A stretch of DNA of 64,000 bases from Selaginella moellendorffii (taxonomy: Eukaryota; Plantae; Lycopodiophyta). The stretch lies in contig NW_003314292.1 of assembly GCF_000143415.4 (NCBI RefSeq), positions 1,619,498-1,683,497 of the forward strand, read 5' to 3'. Below are positions 34,880 through 46,550 of the stretch, one piece after another. Under the pieces are notes generated by a model, which made no database searches, was not told the origin of the DNA, and saw nothing but the letters and a program-made list of their open reading frames with translations. Position 1 is the stretch's first letter. Every line of letters begins with the position of its first letter. The translations under genes were made by a program, and so were the position numbers.

Positions 34880-37800
34880 CTATTCCTGGAAATTGACTGT
34901 TTGCCCCTTTCTAGCAGAATATTCTCTTATTCCCCCACCATAACCAAGAAAAAAGAAAGAAAAATTTCCCAAGATCAGAGCTCCATCTGGGAAGTAAGTG
35001 GGGTGGACTATCCCGTGACTTGCAATGTGAATCCAGTTACTCTCGGGAAGCTGGCGCAGCACGAAATCTTTCGTTGCATCAGCTTCACGCAGGAAGTTGA
35101 CGACACTACCTGTGTTGGCTTTCTTCAACAAGGACTCCACCATCTCTCCTTCCTTTGTTGCGTAGATTAGATCTTTGGTGGGGTTTCCTACGACCAGGTA
35201 TGATGAAGGCTGTGATTGCTGGGCTAGTCTTCTCTTGTCACAATGCTTCAAGAGCCTCAATGAGGAAACTGTGGCTACCGCATATTTCTGGATCAAGTAG
35301 TAATTGTCTTCATCGATCATGGCACCGAAAGGAACAACGGAGATATCCTACAAGTTTGGCAGCTCTTCAGAGTTTGCAAGTAAAAGAAACAAAAGATAGA
35401 GTACCTCGCTTGGAACAAAAACAAGTTTCTTGGGTTGGATACTTTCTAGCTGCGACTCAAAAGGCTCGATGATGATCTTGTAGTAATCCCTGAGAGTACT
35501 GTCTGCGTCGTTAGCATCCAGTAGTTTCAGTAAATCCGATGGCGAGCAAGCTTGAAAGCCGCGTTGGTGTCTGTAGTTGATAAGATTCCCATTGTGTAGA
35601 AGATAGATAACCACGTTGTCAAAAGTTGATGTCGAAATCTTAGATACAATCAAGATGGCTGTTTCCTTTCCCATGATCTTGGAGACTTCTTCAATTTCTG
35701 ACCAGGCTCTGTCGTCGTCCATGTCGAACTCCATCGAGTTCTCCCGATTCCCTTCTTTGCTGACTAGAAACAGCATGTCTCTTGCATGGCTCCTATCAGA
35801 CCAGATCAGTGCTCGTTTGATCTCGTTGGCATCCAGTAGGAGCATCTGGAGTCCTTTAAAGTAGAGCTTGAGTGACTCTATATTGTTGATCCTCCCTATG
35901 CTCAAACAGCCGAAGTTTCCATCCATTCGCAGCCAATACCTGAACAAATAAATCTTAGAGCTTCCTTCTCTTTAGAAACAGAGAGATGCCACGAACCTGA
36001 GGAGCTCTTTGATTTTCTGGATGGAGTCTGTAGTAAAGCCCATCTTAAACAGCAGACAAGCATGGTTAACAAGAACTGAAGGGACTGTAACACTTGGAGA
36101 GATTAAGCGCTCAGCAAGTTGGATAGCTTGTCTCATGAATTCATTGACGAGCAATAGGGGTGGAGAGATCCTCAGTTTAATCGAATATGCATACGCAAGC
36201 TCCGCCATCTTCATCCAAAGTCTAGATTCGTATATTTTCAGGCCATGTAGTTCGACATCCCTATCCTCCCGTGTCAGAGTTTGGAGCAAGTGGCCAATCT
36301 GTGATTCCTGTTCCTCAAGGTCTCCTTCTTTGTCAATTAATAACTTCAAAGTCTCTTTCAGCTCCATCGTTGCCTCATCATACAAAGTAGTTTCAGTAGC
36401 TGCGCCCATTTGTAAGTTCTTGTTGCACACTTTGAGAAGGACGACAGCGTTTCCAAAGCTCGTCTGTAAGCGATTCCTGCCAAAGAAAGAGGGGGTGTCT
36501 CTGTTACAGATATACGTGACCAGTGCTGCAGGGTATGGTGTTTGTAAGGGTTCCAAAAGTTGGCATGACCTCTGAAAATGCAGAGCGGCACCAGAAACAT
36601 CTCCCCATTCGCACTTGAGACGTCCTTGCATGAGTTCTACAATACCTTGTCCAAACACCACCAAGTTGGGGACGCTTCTGCCTGTAACCTTCAGGAGTTC
36701 CTGGACGATCTCATTTGCCTTTTGGAACAATTGCTGCGATGTAAGAGCGTCAAACTGCCGGGCCATGGCGTCCAGGATGAGCTCCTCATTACTGGCTTGA
36801 AGAGCATAGCGTTTCGCCCTCTCCAGATATTCTCGGCTTGTTTTCTTGTCAGTGCATGCGTTCCCTAGTTCAGTTGCAGCAAAGTAACGTAGCATTCCTG
36901 TTTGTGCTTGTTCCAGGGAGCTCTCCAGGAATCCATATTGTGCTTCCAAAAACTGGCCGTCCACTACTCCTCTTCCAATGTAGTAATCTGTCCAAGCTCC
37001 GTAATTTTCACCATCTCTAGAGTGTTTCTCGACACATACCATCAGTCGAGAGACCATAGCCTGAGTGTCTCCTTTCGTTTCACGGCCAAGGTAGTCGTTT
37101 ATAAACTCTTGGGCCCAGTGAATGCTGTCCAAGTCACCCATCTTCAAGGCAATCTGATGGCCAAGCACGAGCGGATCAATGCCAGTGACTGAGACCTCGT
37201 CATCTTTGTCGTACATAACTTCGATGCCTTCTTCGATATGGGACCTTGCATCTTCCGCGTCGACCCGGCCCTCTTGGAGCATCGCTATCTCGCACCTGGC
37301 TTCCCTGTACAAGTCGTAGGCAGCAAAGCAGACGTTCAGTGGTGTAGCAGTCGCAACTGATGCCAGATCTGGAGATGGGGATGGCAACGTGAGTATGAAG
37401 AACTTGGTGAACCTGTCATATTGGACATGGTTCAGGAGGAACAACGTAGAGCAGCATGATGACGCCAACTTTTCCGCAAGCTTGTCCTTGAGATTCACCA
37501 TAAAGTTTGCCAGTGTTCTTCTAGCCTCGGCATACATAGAGACTACCTCTTTCCAATCGCCACCTTCCTTCTGCTTGATCTTCGCTTTTATCATGCTAGC
37601 CAGTGCTGACGAGATTACCGATCCAGTGAACACCTGATCGAGAGCGATCTTTGCTTCCTGAAGCTCACCAAGCTGTGACAGAGTCTTCATCATCCAGTAC
37701 GAAGCTATGGCCCCGTACTCTACATCCAGAACTTCTGATGTGGATTTGGCAACTTGGAAGCATTTTAGAGCGCCTTCTCCATCATCCTGCTGATTGATTG

Positions 37801-38191
37801 ATCCAAGGCCCATGGCAGCATGATACCTCAGCAAATCTGATCTTGCGGAATCGAGGCAAGAGGTGAACAGTGCCTTTTCCTGATGGCGTGTTGCCACATG
37901 AAACGCTGCCAGTGCCTGTGGATCCTCTTCTTGTTGCTGCTGGCTGTTTGCAAAGCACTCCAGCAGAAACACCGAGAGGTTATCCGGCTCCAAATCTTCG
38001 CTTGAGAAGTGATTGGAGAAGCTTGGATTGGTACTCCACAGAAATCCATCGGCATCGCCCTGCTTCAAACAGATGAAATGACAGTCAGCAAAGCTCTTGA
38101 CAGCAGGCTTGAGATCTTGCTTGCTCTTCGACAACTCTTCCAGCAAAAGAACAGCTCCCTTCAGGCAAGACGAACAAGAACTCTCCTCCAT
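34880..38191 (-). CDS. TPR-like helical repeat plus CHAT (caspase HetF-associated) protease, apparently truncated; join(35997..38191,35405..35939,34880..35347), ~1065 aa
   Basis: Two 57-nt GT-AG introns join three ORFs in frame. CHAT motifs: YYKIIIEPF, KLVFVPSE|DISVVPFGAM...YLIQKYAV..VSS, YLVVGNP..L.YATKE, ATK..V and WIHIASHG (catalytic His). No LSAC-type Cys motif follows. Confidence 0.8.
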
Positions 38192-39097
38192 TTCTCTCTA
38201 ACACAATTCCAAGCTTGACTTATTCCACTGTTAAATGAAAGTTTACTCTTTGACTTTGCTGCCAATGCTTAATCAGGTCACTATGTGAAGAAAAATCGCC
38301 CACTACGGTTTAAGTATATTCGCTATTTTGCATGGGGAGTTGTGCCAATCCGGCAAGGATGTGAAGCTGGGCGACGCGGAGGCATAGGAGGATCCATCAC
38401 AGCTTGCCATAGCCAAGAAAATACTAGAAGAACACTTCTATGTTCAAGATCTCCAAGATCCATCCCTCTTCGTCCTGCCCAAGACCACGATTGATTCCCC
38501 AAATCACACGGCGCCGACACCATCCTCCTCGGGCGATCGTAATGCCGGGCATCCAAACTACCGGCGATGGATCGTCGTGGCAGCCGTGCCATTGCATCCA
38601 GCTGAACACCACCCCAGCCCCATCCACGCATCCAGATCCCGGCCGCGATCCAGCACAGCGAACAGCGCGTGGCAATCAAACTGGCGATCGCGCCCAGCGT
38701 CCGGATCACCCCTGCCAATGTGGACGTGGAGCTCCGCATCAAGACCCTATCGGTTCTTGATGGACGTGCTCAAGAACAAGGCGGCGCTGGGCTTCTACCC
38801 CTGCCGGATTAGATTCTCGATCGAGCCACTGCTGGGCGATCCCAGCGTACACGCCCAGGACCGATGGCGGTGGTGGATCTAGCAGCGGGGCTAACACGAG
38901 GACGAGGAGCAGTGGTAACAGATCGGCGTCCAGATTGGATTTGGGCCCGTGTCGATCAGTGGCAAGAGGAACTCGGGGGTGGAATTGACGCAAATCTTAG
39001 ACTTTGGACAACCTGGATTCTATCCCCAGGTCAACGATTTGGTGCAACGGAGGACAAGAGATTTCGGTATCGTCAAGGCTATCGACAGAGAATTGGG

Positions 39098-40230
39098 GAA
39101 GCGCTTGTCACTGAAATCGGTAGTCTGGTCGGGTCGTTTCGCCTGGATTTTTCGATGCGGTCGAACTGTGATCCAACCGTTGCCGTCAAGTCTTAGGGTT
39201 TATCTTCTTGTGACCACGCTGGAGGAGCAATATTGGCAAATCTGGATCAAGATGTGTCGATCACTCACGTTATTTCCACGATTCCGTGATCATGTTATCA
39301 AGTTAAAATGTTCTTTTTCTTCCACTCAGTGTTCCTTACTTTCTAGCTTCTTCGTGGCTTCTCCTCGTGAGGAACAATGTCGCCATCAATGCAAGTGAAA
39401 CGCAAGCGAGCCAACAAGACGTCCAAGGTTCGATCCAAAATCTCGCCGGCTGCTTGATGGGCTCAAAGATTGCTCCGCTGCCAAAGACTTGGACAGAGGA
39501 AGGATTGCTCACGCTGATGCCATCCAAACGGGTATGGAAACAAACGCACTCTGATAAACATGTTCGCAAAATGTGGCAGCCTCGCGGACACTCGCAAGAA
39601 TCCCGCATGACGATGTGGTCCCTTGGAACGCGCCGATAACGATCAAGGAGAGCTCGCGCTCGATCTGAGGTCAGAAGGATGGTCTCTCTTACGTCGCTGC
39701 TTGAAAGGCTTGCAGTTGCTTGGCTTCCAGGGAACGAGCAAGAGAAGCTCGTGGTCCCAGCGGCAAGCTTTTGCTAAGGTTTGCATCGCTCGATAAAGCC
39801 AGGGAAATTCACAGGGAAGTTGAGAGATGCCAGAACTTGGATATCAAGCTTCCAAACACGCTCATCAGGTTTTCCAGAGGATGTCGAGCCAATCTATCGG
39901 GGCGTGCTGGCAGCGAAAGAAGCGTTTAAGCTCCTGAGCCAAGGAAAACTCGTCAAGGTGGCGGGAAAAAGGAAGAGAGATTTTGCAAGCTGTGGAGAGC
40001 GGCTCCAATATTCGTGGCAAACATAGCGCTCGATATGTTTCCCTAGTATGGAAGCCTCGAAGACGTGTTTGAGAGGATTCAGCGCCCGGATGTTGTCTCG
40101 TGGACAACTTTGATCGTGTTATACTCCAAGAACTGCGAGCCAGAAACGCATGCAACTCCAGCGATGCTCTCCGAATGGACAGGCTTTCGTGGTGGTGACA
40201 AAAGCTTCAAACCGGGCTGAAGATGGAGAG
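39098..40230 (+). pseudogene. Heavily deleted PPR gene copy (5' third of 60165-63296)
   Basis: Shares upstream sequence and several deletion junctions with the copy at 30080-32780. Confidence 0.85.
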
Positions 40231-40338
40231 GCATAAAGAACATTAGAATATTCTAAAATCAGCAAATAAGCGTGTGTGAACGTATCGAACCATGACTTTA
40301 ACATAGAGATGGACAGAACTTTATTTCTGAGTTTAATC

Positions 40339-42183
40339 TCATATCACAACAGCTTCGAGTGCTTTGATAAAAACTCCATCAACCTCTTGGGGATGTGCCA
40401 CGGCAGAGAACACAGTGTATGTTTCGTTATAGTTAACACTACCAGCAGACCACCACCTTGAGGGAAACTAGTCTGGCTTACCGTCCACATCATAAGCAGC
40501 TGTATAAAGATCTATGTTCTCAGGCTTGAAAAACTTGCTCGCATTCTGCCATTTTGTAATCCCTTTTTGTGGCCCAACAGAAACTCGAAACACATCAATG
40601 AAGAGCAGATCACTTTCCACTCTTCGAGTCGCAAAGTCAACACAGCAGCGTTGCCAGCTGCTGGGGATATAAGTTGTTGGTGAGTACGTCAGGACTGGTC
40701 CCAAATCCAAGCCGAAATAATGAAAAGCTTCAATCTTCTTTCCCTTCATCGGCCCCATGCCCCACTGTTTCGCAATGTGGATTACAATCCTTTCCACCAT
40801 GAGTTCAACCAGCAACGGTGTGCGGCCATGCATTCTTCAATGAGCTGCTCCGCCACTTTCATCATCAAGGCATCTCCATCTGCCTTATCCAAATGCATTC
40901 CAACGGCGGCCACAACCATTGCCTTGGCAAGATCAGAAACCAGCGCAAACTTGTCTCCATTTTGTACAATCCATCAAGGATCAAAACTATCAGAGTCGAT
41001 CCTGCCTGTGCCAGCTATCAGATCCGATAGCGCAGCCACCTCTATTCTCCTCCTGACACGTTTCAAGGCCGCTATCTCCGTCACCCACTGTTCAACAGTC
41101 CTTCGTTGTTGTTCAACCTCCTCGGTGGACAGAAACTTCTCCCTCGCCTCATGCTCACGATCTGCAGAAGCCGCCGCTTCGACATAGCAATCCATGAAAA
41201 CACGCACCATGAGTGGCAAACCTCCCGTCAGTGCCTGCATTTCACCAGGCTCGGACGGCAATCCCTTCCAGGTGATGTACTGCTTCGTCTCCTCGGGCGT
41301 GAAGGCTGTGTACTTGCAATGGTAGTTTCTGTTGTGAGTGGTCTTGAAAACCCTGGCATAAGCCTCGTTCCGCCTTGCCGAGCCACCATGCAAGCAGGTT
41401 GAGCTTTCCTCGAGTGCTTCCAATGCAAGCCACACGTTCATAAAGGAGCTGCTTGAGGCCCTGCTGTCCAAAACATCATACTCATCGACAACGAAGAACA
41501 GATCGTTGGTGTCTTTCAGCCACGACACCACCTCCATCATCTCCTCCCAGTCCTCAATGCAGCACAGGCAGTTGCATGTTGGAGCATCATCCGCAAAGGC
41601 CACCAAGAGAGCCTCCCTGGTCGCCGTCAGCAAGCCGGAGCGCTCCTCCGGCATCCTGAAGATGCAAACCAGCCGCGATTTCCTTGCCGCGCCTTGGTTC
41701 CCCTTGGAGAACTCGTGGAGACAGTGAAGAGACAGCATGAGCAAGAGGTAAGTTTTCCCCGAGCCGACATTCCCGTCCAAGTCTATCACATCGTTCTTGC
41801 TCGCCGCGAATCTGTCCAGGATCTCTTTGAAGACTGGGCGCCCCACAAGCCAGAAGCCATCAGCCTCTGACGGAACGCGCGGCACCCTGGGCTGCAAGCT
41901 CGGCCATGGCAGCTTGTCAAACACTTTCACCTCCTTGAAGTCCACGCTTGGAAGCGCTGCGATGGAATCCGCGATGCTCCGCACGCGCCGCAGCACTGCA
42001 TCGGAGCGAGCGTTGCCGAACATGCCCGCCGCTGACATCTCGTTGCGAAGGCGGCCTGGCGGTAATCGAGCCCTGGCACCTCTTTCCTTCAAATCCTTGA
42101 CAGAGAACAAGAACTGCGACTCCACAGCTTGCGCTTCGCAGGAGATCGATCCAATCGCGCAGCAGGGACTCGTCGCCCGCCAT
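40339..42183 (-). pseudogene. NTPase-nuclease gene copy A (disrupted)
   Basis: Near-identical to 58008-59927, but has frameshifting deletions just after the start, a premature TGA at 40974 and further deletions near 40820 and 40485. Confidence 0.9.
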
Positions 42184-42293
42184 CGAAAGCCCTAGAAAAG
42201 AGAGGAAATGTAAAGGTGAAGTGTACCACTTGATCTCGTGCTCATATATGCAAACTCAAGTTTAAACAAGCACATATAAGTATCTTGCTTTTA

Positions 42294-43432
42294 CCTGAGT
42301 AAACCTCCTCCGTGTTCTAGGATGCCATCTAGGAACTCTCCACTGTGCTCCTTGATCGAGCCACGTTTTCCAAAAAGCTCCTCGCTACGAACTCCCCATG
42401 CTAAGCACAACTGCTTCATTGCCTTGACTAGCCTCATGTCCCAGCCAGCCCTTGAGATGCTGAAAACAACGTCCGTGATCTGGATTGCAAGCTCGCAAAC
42501 TTCTAAAAACTGCCTGGAACAGTTGTTACCGATCTTGTTGAGAACCATTGCAAGCTGCCAACGCACGGCCTTCACATACTCTTCACTTTTAAAAGACGAG
42601 CACCTATTCCTCTGATTGCTGCTAGAAAGAACAGGCCACCTGCCGTTGTTGCGCACATTTGTAGCAATTGTGTTCGAGACATACTCGTTTGCAGCCTTGA
42701 CATCCTGGTAGAGGTTCCTATCGTTGAAAATTGCATCAATGCAATCCTTGTCGAACCAATGCAAAGAGATGAAGCTCGTCCTTGATCATATCTTTGTGAG
42801 GCTTGAATCCATATAGCGAGTGAAGCCTCCACAATGGGCTCCTCCCTGCGAATAAATCTTATAGAATTATAGCGATTGTTTACCTATAACTCCAGCATCT
42901 CTCAAGTCTGTAGGGTTGTCGAACGCACGCAAGAATGAGCCTGTACTTCGGCAAGCAGCAGGAAAACGAGCTTCTCTTCTACCTTTGTTGAAGGCATATA
43001 TCGATGATCCAGTTTCTACCATACACCTATAGAGAAGATACAAACACTTAAACAAAATTGCTAAGTGAAATGACATCCACCCCCTGAATTCCATGCTCGA
43101 ACAGCTCTTCAAGCTCATCCACGATGATGGATACTACTGCTGGAACAACCGCACTTGCTGTCTTCCCATCGAACTTCCTTAGTGGCACAAAAACAATTGG
43201 AAAAGGCCTGTGATTTGAAAACTTTCCAGCATTGCCGAAACTCTAGAGAAAGTAGATTCAAATTAGATCATAAAGCATACAAACAAAACTTCAATTTTAC
43301 CTGATTTTGTTGTTTGTCTTTGAAATGTTGAAACCATCCCAATGGCATTGGAGAAGGAGGTTCCTGGGATCACCTTGAATTGCAGTTCGTTCAGCAATAT
43401 CATCTTCGCCACATGAAGAGCATCGGAACTTG
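42294..43432 (-). pseudogene. Multi-exon fragment of an unidentified gene, possibly DNA-transposase-derived
   Basis: Four exon-like blocks with GT/AG borders. One reads RPFPIVFVPLRKFDGKTASAVVPAVVSIIVDELEELFEHGIQG. Both ends abut other duplicated segments. Confidence 0.35.
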
Positions 43433-43960
43433 TAAGGTTTTGGTAAGGTTTGCATCGCTCGATAAAGCCAGGGAAATTCACAGGGAAGTTGAGAGATGCC
43501 AGGGCTTAGCTTCCAAACACGCTCATCAGTTTATATGCCAAGTGTGGGAGTGTGGGAACTTGGCTGACGCCTTCCAGGTTTTTCAGAGGATGCCGAGTCA
43601 CAGTTTGGTCTCATGGACGGTTTTGGTACCTTGTTATGAGGAGAATCTATCAGGGCGAGCTGGCGGCGAAAGAAGCGTTTAAGCTCCTGAGCCGTCAAGG
43701 CGGCGGCTCTGGAAAAAGCTGTTCCTCCGACACAGATATATTCGTGGCAAACGCAGCGCTCGATATGTTTCTGAAGTGTGGAAACCTCGAAGACGTGTTT
43801 GAGGGGATCCAGCACCCGGATGGGACAACTTAGAACTGCGAGCCAAAAACGCATGCAACTCCAGCGATGCTCTCCGAATGGACAGGCTTTCGTCGCGGTG
43901 ACAAAAGCTTGAAACCGGGCTGAAGATAGATGGAAAGGTTGTCAAGAAGCCTGGAGAAGC
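43433..43960 (+). pseudogene. Deleted PPR gene fragment
   Basis: Matches parent 60584-61310 with deletions and is fused to the 3' flank of NTPase copy B. Confidence 0.85.
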
Positions 43961-44077
43961 ATAAAAAACATTAGAATATTCTAAAATCAGCAAATAAGCG
44001 TGTGTTAACATATCGAACCATGACTGCAACATAGAGATGGACAGATCTTTATTTCTGAGTTTAATCTCAGCTCAAGA

Positions 44078-46000
44078 TCATATCACAACGGCTTCGAGTG
44101 CTTTGATAAACACTCTATCAACCTCTTGGGGCTGTGCCACGGCAGAGAACACAGTGTATGTTTCGTTATAGTTAACACTTCCAGCAGACGACCACCTTGA
44201 GGGAAACCAGTCTGGCTTACCACCCTCTGGACCAATCCAGTGAAAACCCCATCTGATATCTTCCACATCATAACCAGCTGTATAAAGACTCATGTTCTCA
44301 GGCTTGAAGAACTTGCTCGCACTCTGCCATTTTGTGATCCCTTTTTGTGGCCCAATAAAAACTTGAAACACGTCAATGAAGAGCAGATCACTTTCCACTC
44401 TCCGAGTCGCAAAGTTAACGCAGCAGTGTTGCCAGCTGCTGGGGATATAAGTTGTTGGCGAGTACGTTAGGACTGGTCCCAAATCCAAGCCGAAATAATG
44501 AAAAGCTTCAATCTTCTTCCCCTTCATCGGCCCCATGCCCCACTGTTTTGCGATGTGGATTATGATCCTTTCCACCATAAGTCCAACCAGCAACGGTGCA
44601 GGGTGTGCGGCCATGCATTCTTCAATGAGCTGCTCCGCCACTTTCATCATCAAGGCATCTCCATCTGCCTTATTCAAATGCATTCCAACGGCGGCCACAA
44701 CCATTGCCTTGGCAAGATCAGAAACCAGCGCAAACTTGTCTCCATTTTGTACAATCCACCGAGGATCGAAACTATCAGAGTCGATCCTGCCTCTGCCAGC
44801 TATCAGATCCGATAGCGCAGCCACCGCTCTTCTCCTCCTGACACGTTTCAAGGCCGCTATCTCCGTCACCCACTGTTCCACAGTCCTTCGTTGTTGTTCA
44901 ACCTCCTCGGTGGACAGAAACTTCTCCCTCGCCTCGCCCTCACGATCTGCAGAAGTCGCCGCTGCGACGTAGCAATCCACGAAAACACGCACCATGAGTG
45001 GCAAACCTCCCGTCAATGCCTGCATTTCACCAGGCTCGGACAGCAAGCCCTTCCAGGTAATGTACTGCTTCGTCTCCTCGGGCGTGAAGGCTGTGTACTT
45101 GCAATGGTAGTTTCTGTTGTGAGTGGTCTTGAAAACCCTGGCATAGGCCTCGTTCCGCCTTGCCGAGCCACCATGCAAGCAGGTTGAGCTTTGCTCGAGT
45201 GCTTTCAAAGCAAGCCACACGTCCATAAGGGAGCTGTTCGAGGCCCTGCTGTCCAAAACATCGTACTCGTCGACAACGAAGAACAGATCGTTGGTGCCTT
45301 TCAACCATGACACCACCTCCATCATCTCCTCCCAGTCCTCAATGCAGCACAGGCAGTTGCACGTCGGAGTATCATCCGCAAATGCCACCAAGAGAGCCTC
45401 CCTGATCGCCTCGAGCAAGCCGGAATTGCTCTCTGGCATTCTAAAGATGCAAACCAGCCGCGACTTCCTTGCTGCTGTTCCATTCCCCTTCGAGAACGTG
45501 TGGAGACAATGCAAAGATAGCATGAGCAAGAGGTAAGTTTTCCCCGAGCCAACATTCCCGTCCAAGTCTATCACATCGTTCTTTCTCGCCGCTGTGAATC
45601 TGTCCAGTATGTCCTTGAAGACTGGGCGCCCCACAAGCCAGATGCCATCAGCCTCTGACGGAACGCGCGGCACCCTGGGCTGCAAGCTCGGCCATGGCAG
45701 CTTGTCAAACACTTTCAACTCGGCGAAGTCCACGCTTGGAAGCGCTGCGATGGAATCCGCGATGCTCCGCACGCGCCGCAGCACTGCATCGGAGCGAGCG
45801 TTGCCAAACATGCCCGCCGCTGTCATCTCGTTGCGAAGGCGGCCTGGCGGTAATCGAGCCCTGGCATGAGGTTGCTTCAAATCCTTGACAGAGAACAAGA
45901 GCTGCGACTCCACTTCCTCCACCAGCTTGCGCTTCGCAGGAGTGGAGTAGTCTGGAAGCCGATCGATCCAATCGCGCAGCAGGGACTCGTCGCCCGCCAT
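44078..46000 (-). CDS. Intronless STAND-like P-loop NTPase plus PD-(D/E)xK-like nuclease protein, copy B (640 aa)
   Basis: Walker A GNVGSGKT, Walker B FFVVDEYD, AFTPEE and TGGLPL. The C-terminal GLMVERI...TYIPSSWQHCCVN...IDVFQV pattern resembles the REase domain of Crinkler/RHS-type proteins. Confidence 0.8.
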   Translation of the reverse strand: MAGDESLLRDWIDRLPDYSTPAKRKLVEEVESQLLFSVKDLKQPHARARLPPGRLRNEMTAAGMFGNARSDAVLRRVRSIADSIAALPSVDFAELKVFDKLPWPSLQPRVPRVPSEADGIWLVGRPVFKDILDRFTAARKNDVIDLDGNVGSGKTYLLLMLSLHCLHTFSKGNGTAARKSRLVCIFRMPESNSGLLEAIREALLVAFADDTPTCNCLCCIEDWEEMMEVVSWLKGTNDLFFVVDEYDVLDSRASNSSLMDVWLALKALEQSSTCLHGGSARRNEAYARVFKTTHNRNYHCKYTAFTPEETKQYITWKGLLSEPGEMQALTGGLPLMVRVFVDCYVAAATSADREGEAREKFLSTEEVEQQRRTVEQWVTEIAALKRVRRRRAVAALSDLIAGRGRIDSDSFDPRWIVQNGDKFALVSDLAKAMVVAAVGMHLNKADGDALMMKVAEQLIEECMAAHPAPLLVGLMVERIIIHIAKQWGMGPMKGKKIEAFHYFGLDLGPVLTYSPTTYIPSSWQHCCVNFATRRVESDLLFIDVFQVFIGPQKGITKWQSASKFFKPENMSLYTAGYDVEDIRWGFHWIGPEGGKPDWFPSRWSSAGSVNYNETYTVFSAVAQPQEVDRVFIKALEAVVI

Positions 46001-46254
46001 CGAAAGCCCTAGAAAAGAGGGGAAATGTAAAGGTGAAGTGTACCTTATTTAGGGCTCATTATATTTTCTTCAGTCTTATTCTTAACTTAAATGGATTTAT
46101 TGTTGGAAGAACGTAGGGATCAGGAGAGTTGCGTATGTGGAACTTGCCAGGGACAACGCCGTGATGTATGAGATCATGTCAAACATGTTCGTGATTTCTT
46201 ATTTTCCCAAGGTATCGCACTTGGAATTTGGAAAGCCTTTGAACCTTGTTTGAG

Positions 46255-46550
46255 CTCCACAGGTGTGGGAACAGCACTGTGTAATGGATCACAAGAGCTG
46301 GATCATATGAAATAAGCTTGGCTAGGGTTCTTGGCTGTCCCGATATGATGTGAACTAGTGCTGAGGTTTCGATCGATGACACATTCGAATCAAATCAGTC
46401 TTGATCATGTGAGATTCATTTGTTTTGGACACTTATAGACAGTCGACCTCCCAAAGCAGGAGCTCAACAACAATATCAACTGGGTGCTGTGGGATTAATT
46501 GCTTCACACGAATCAATTGAATTGATCCCACCAGCACATTGCTCAAACAC
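46255..46550 (+). repeat. Collapsed duplicate of the AP2M last exon, intergenic region and SDR 3' end (28245-28820)
   Basis: caggtgtggga..acagcac..atcacaagagctggatc..gaaataag, gctgaggtttcgatcgatgac.cattcgaatcaaatcagtctt and agcaggagctcaaca are shared and in the same order. Confidence 0.85.

Noticed and set aside
38515-38575. LINE endonuclease motif (ILLGDRNAGHP)
   Set aside because: A single short match with no other APE or RT motifs nearby.
44078-46000. Canonical NB-ARC NLR (because of the P-loop and GLPL)
   Set aside because: No TIR, CC or RPW8 N-terminus, no MHD motif and no LRRs. Walker B is DE rather than DD.
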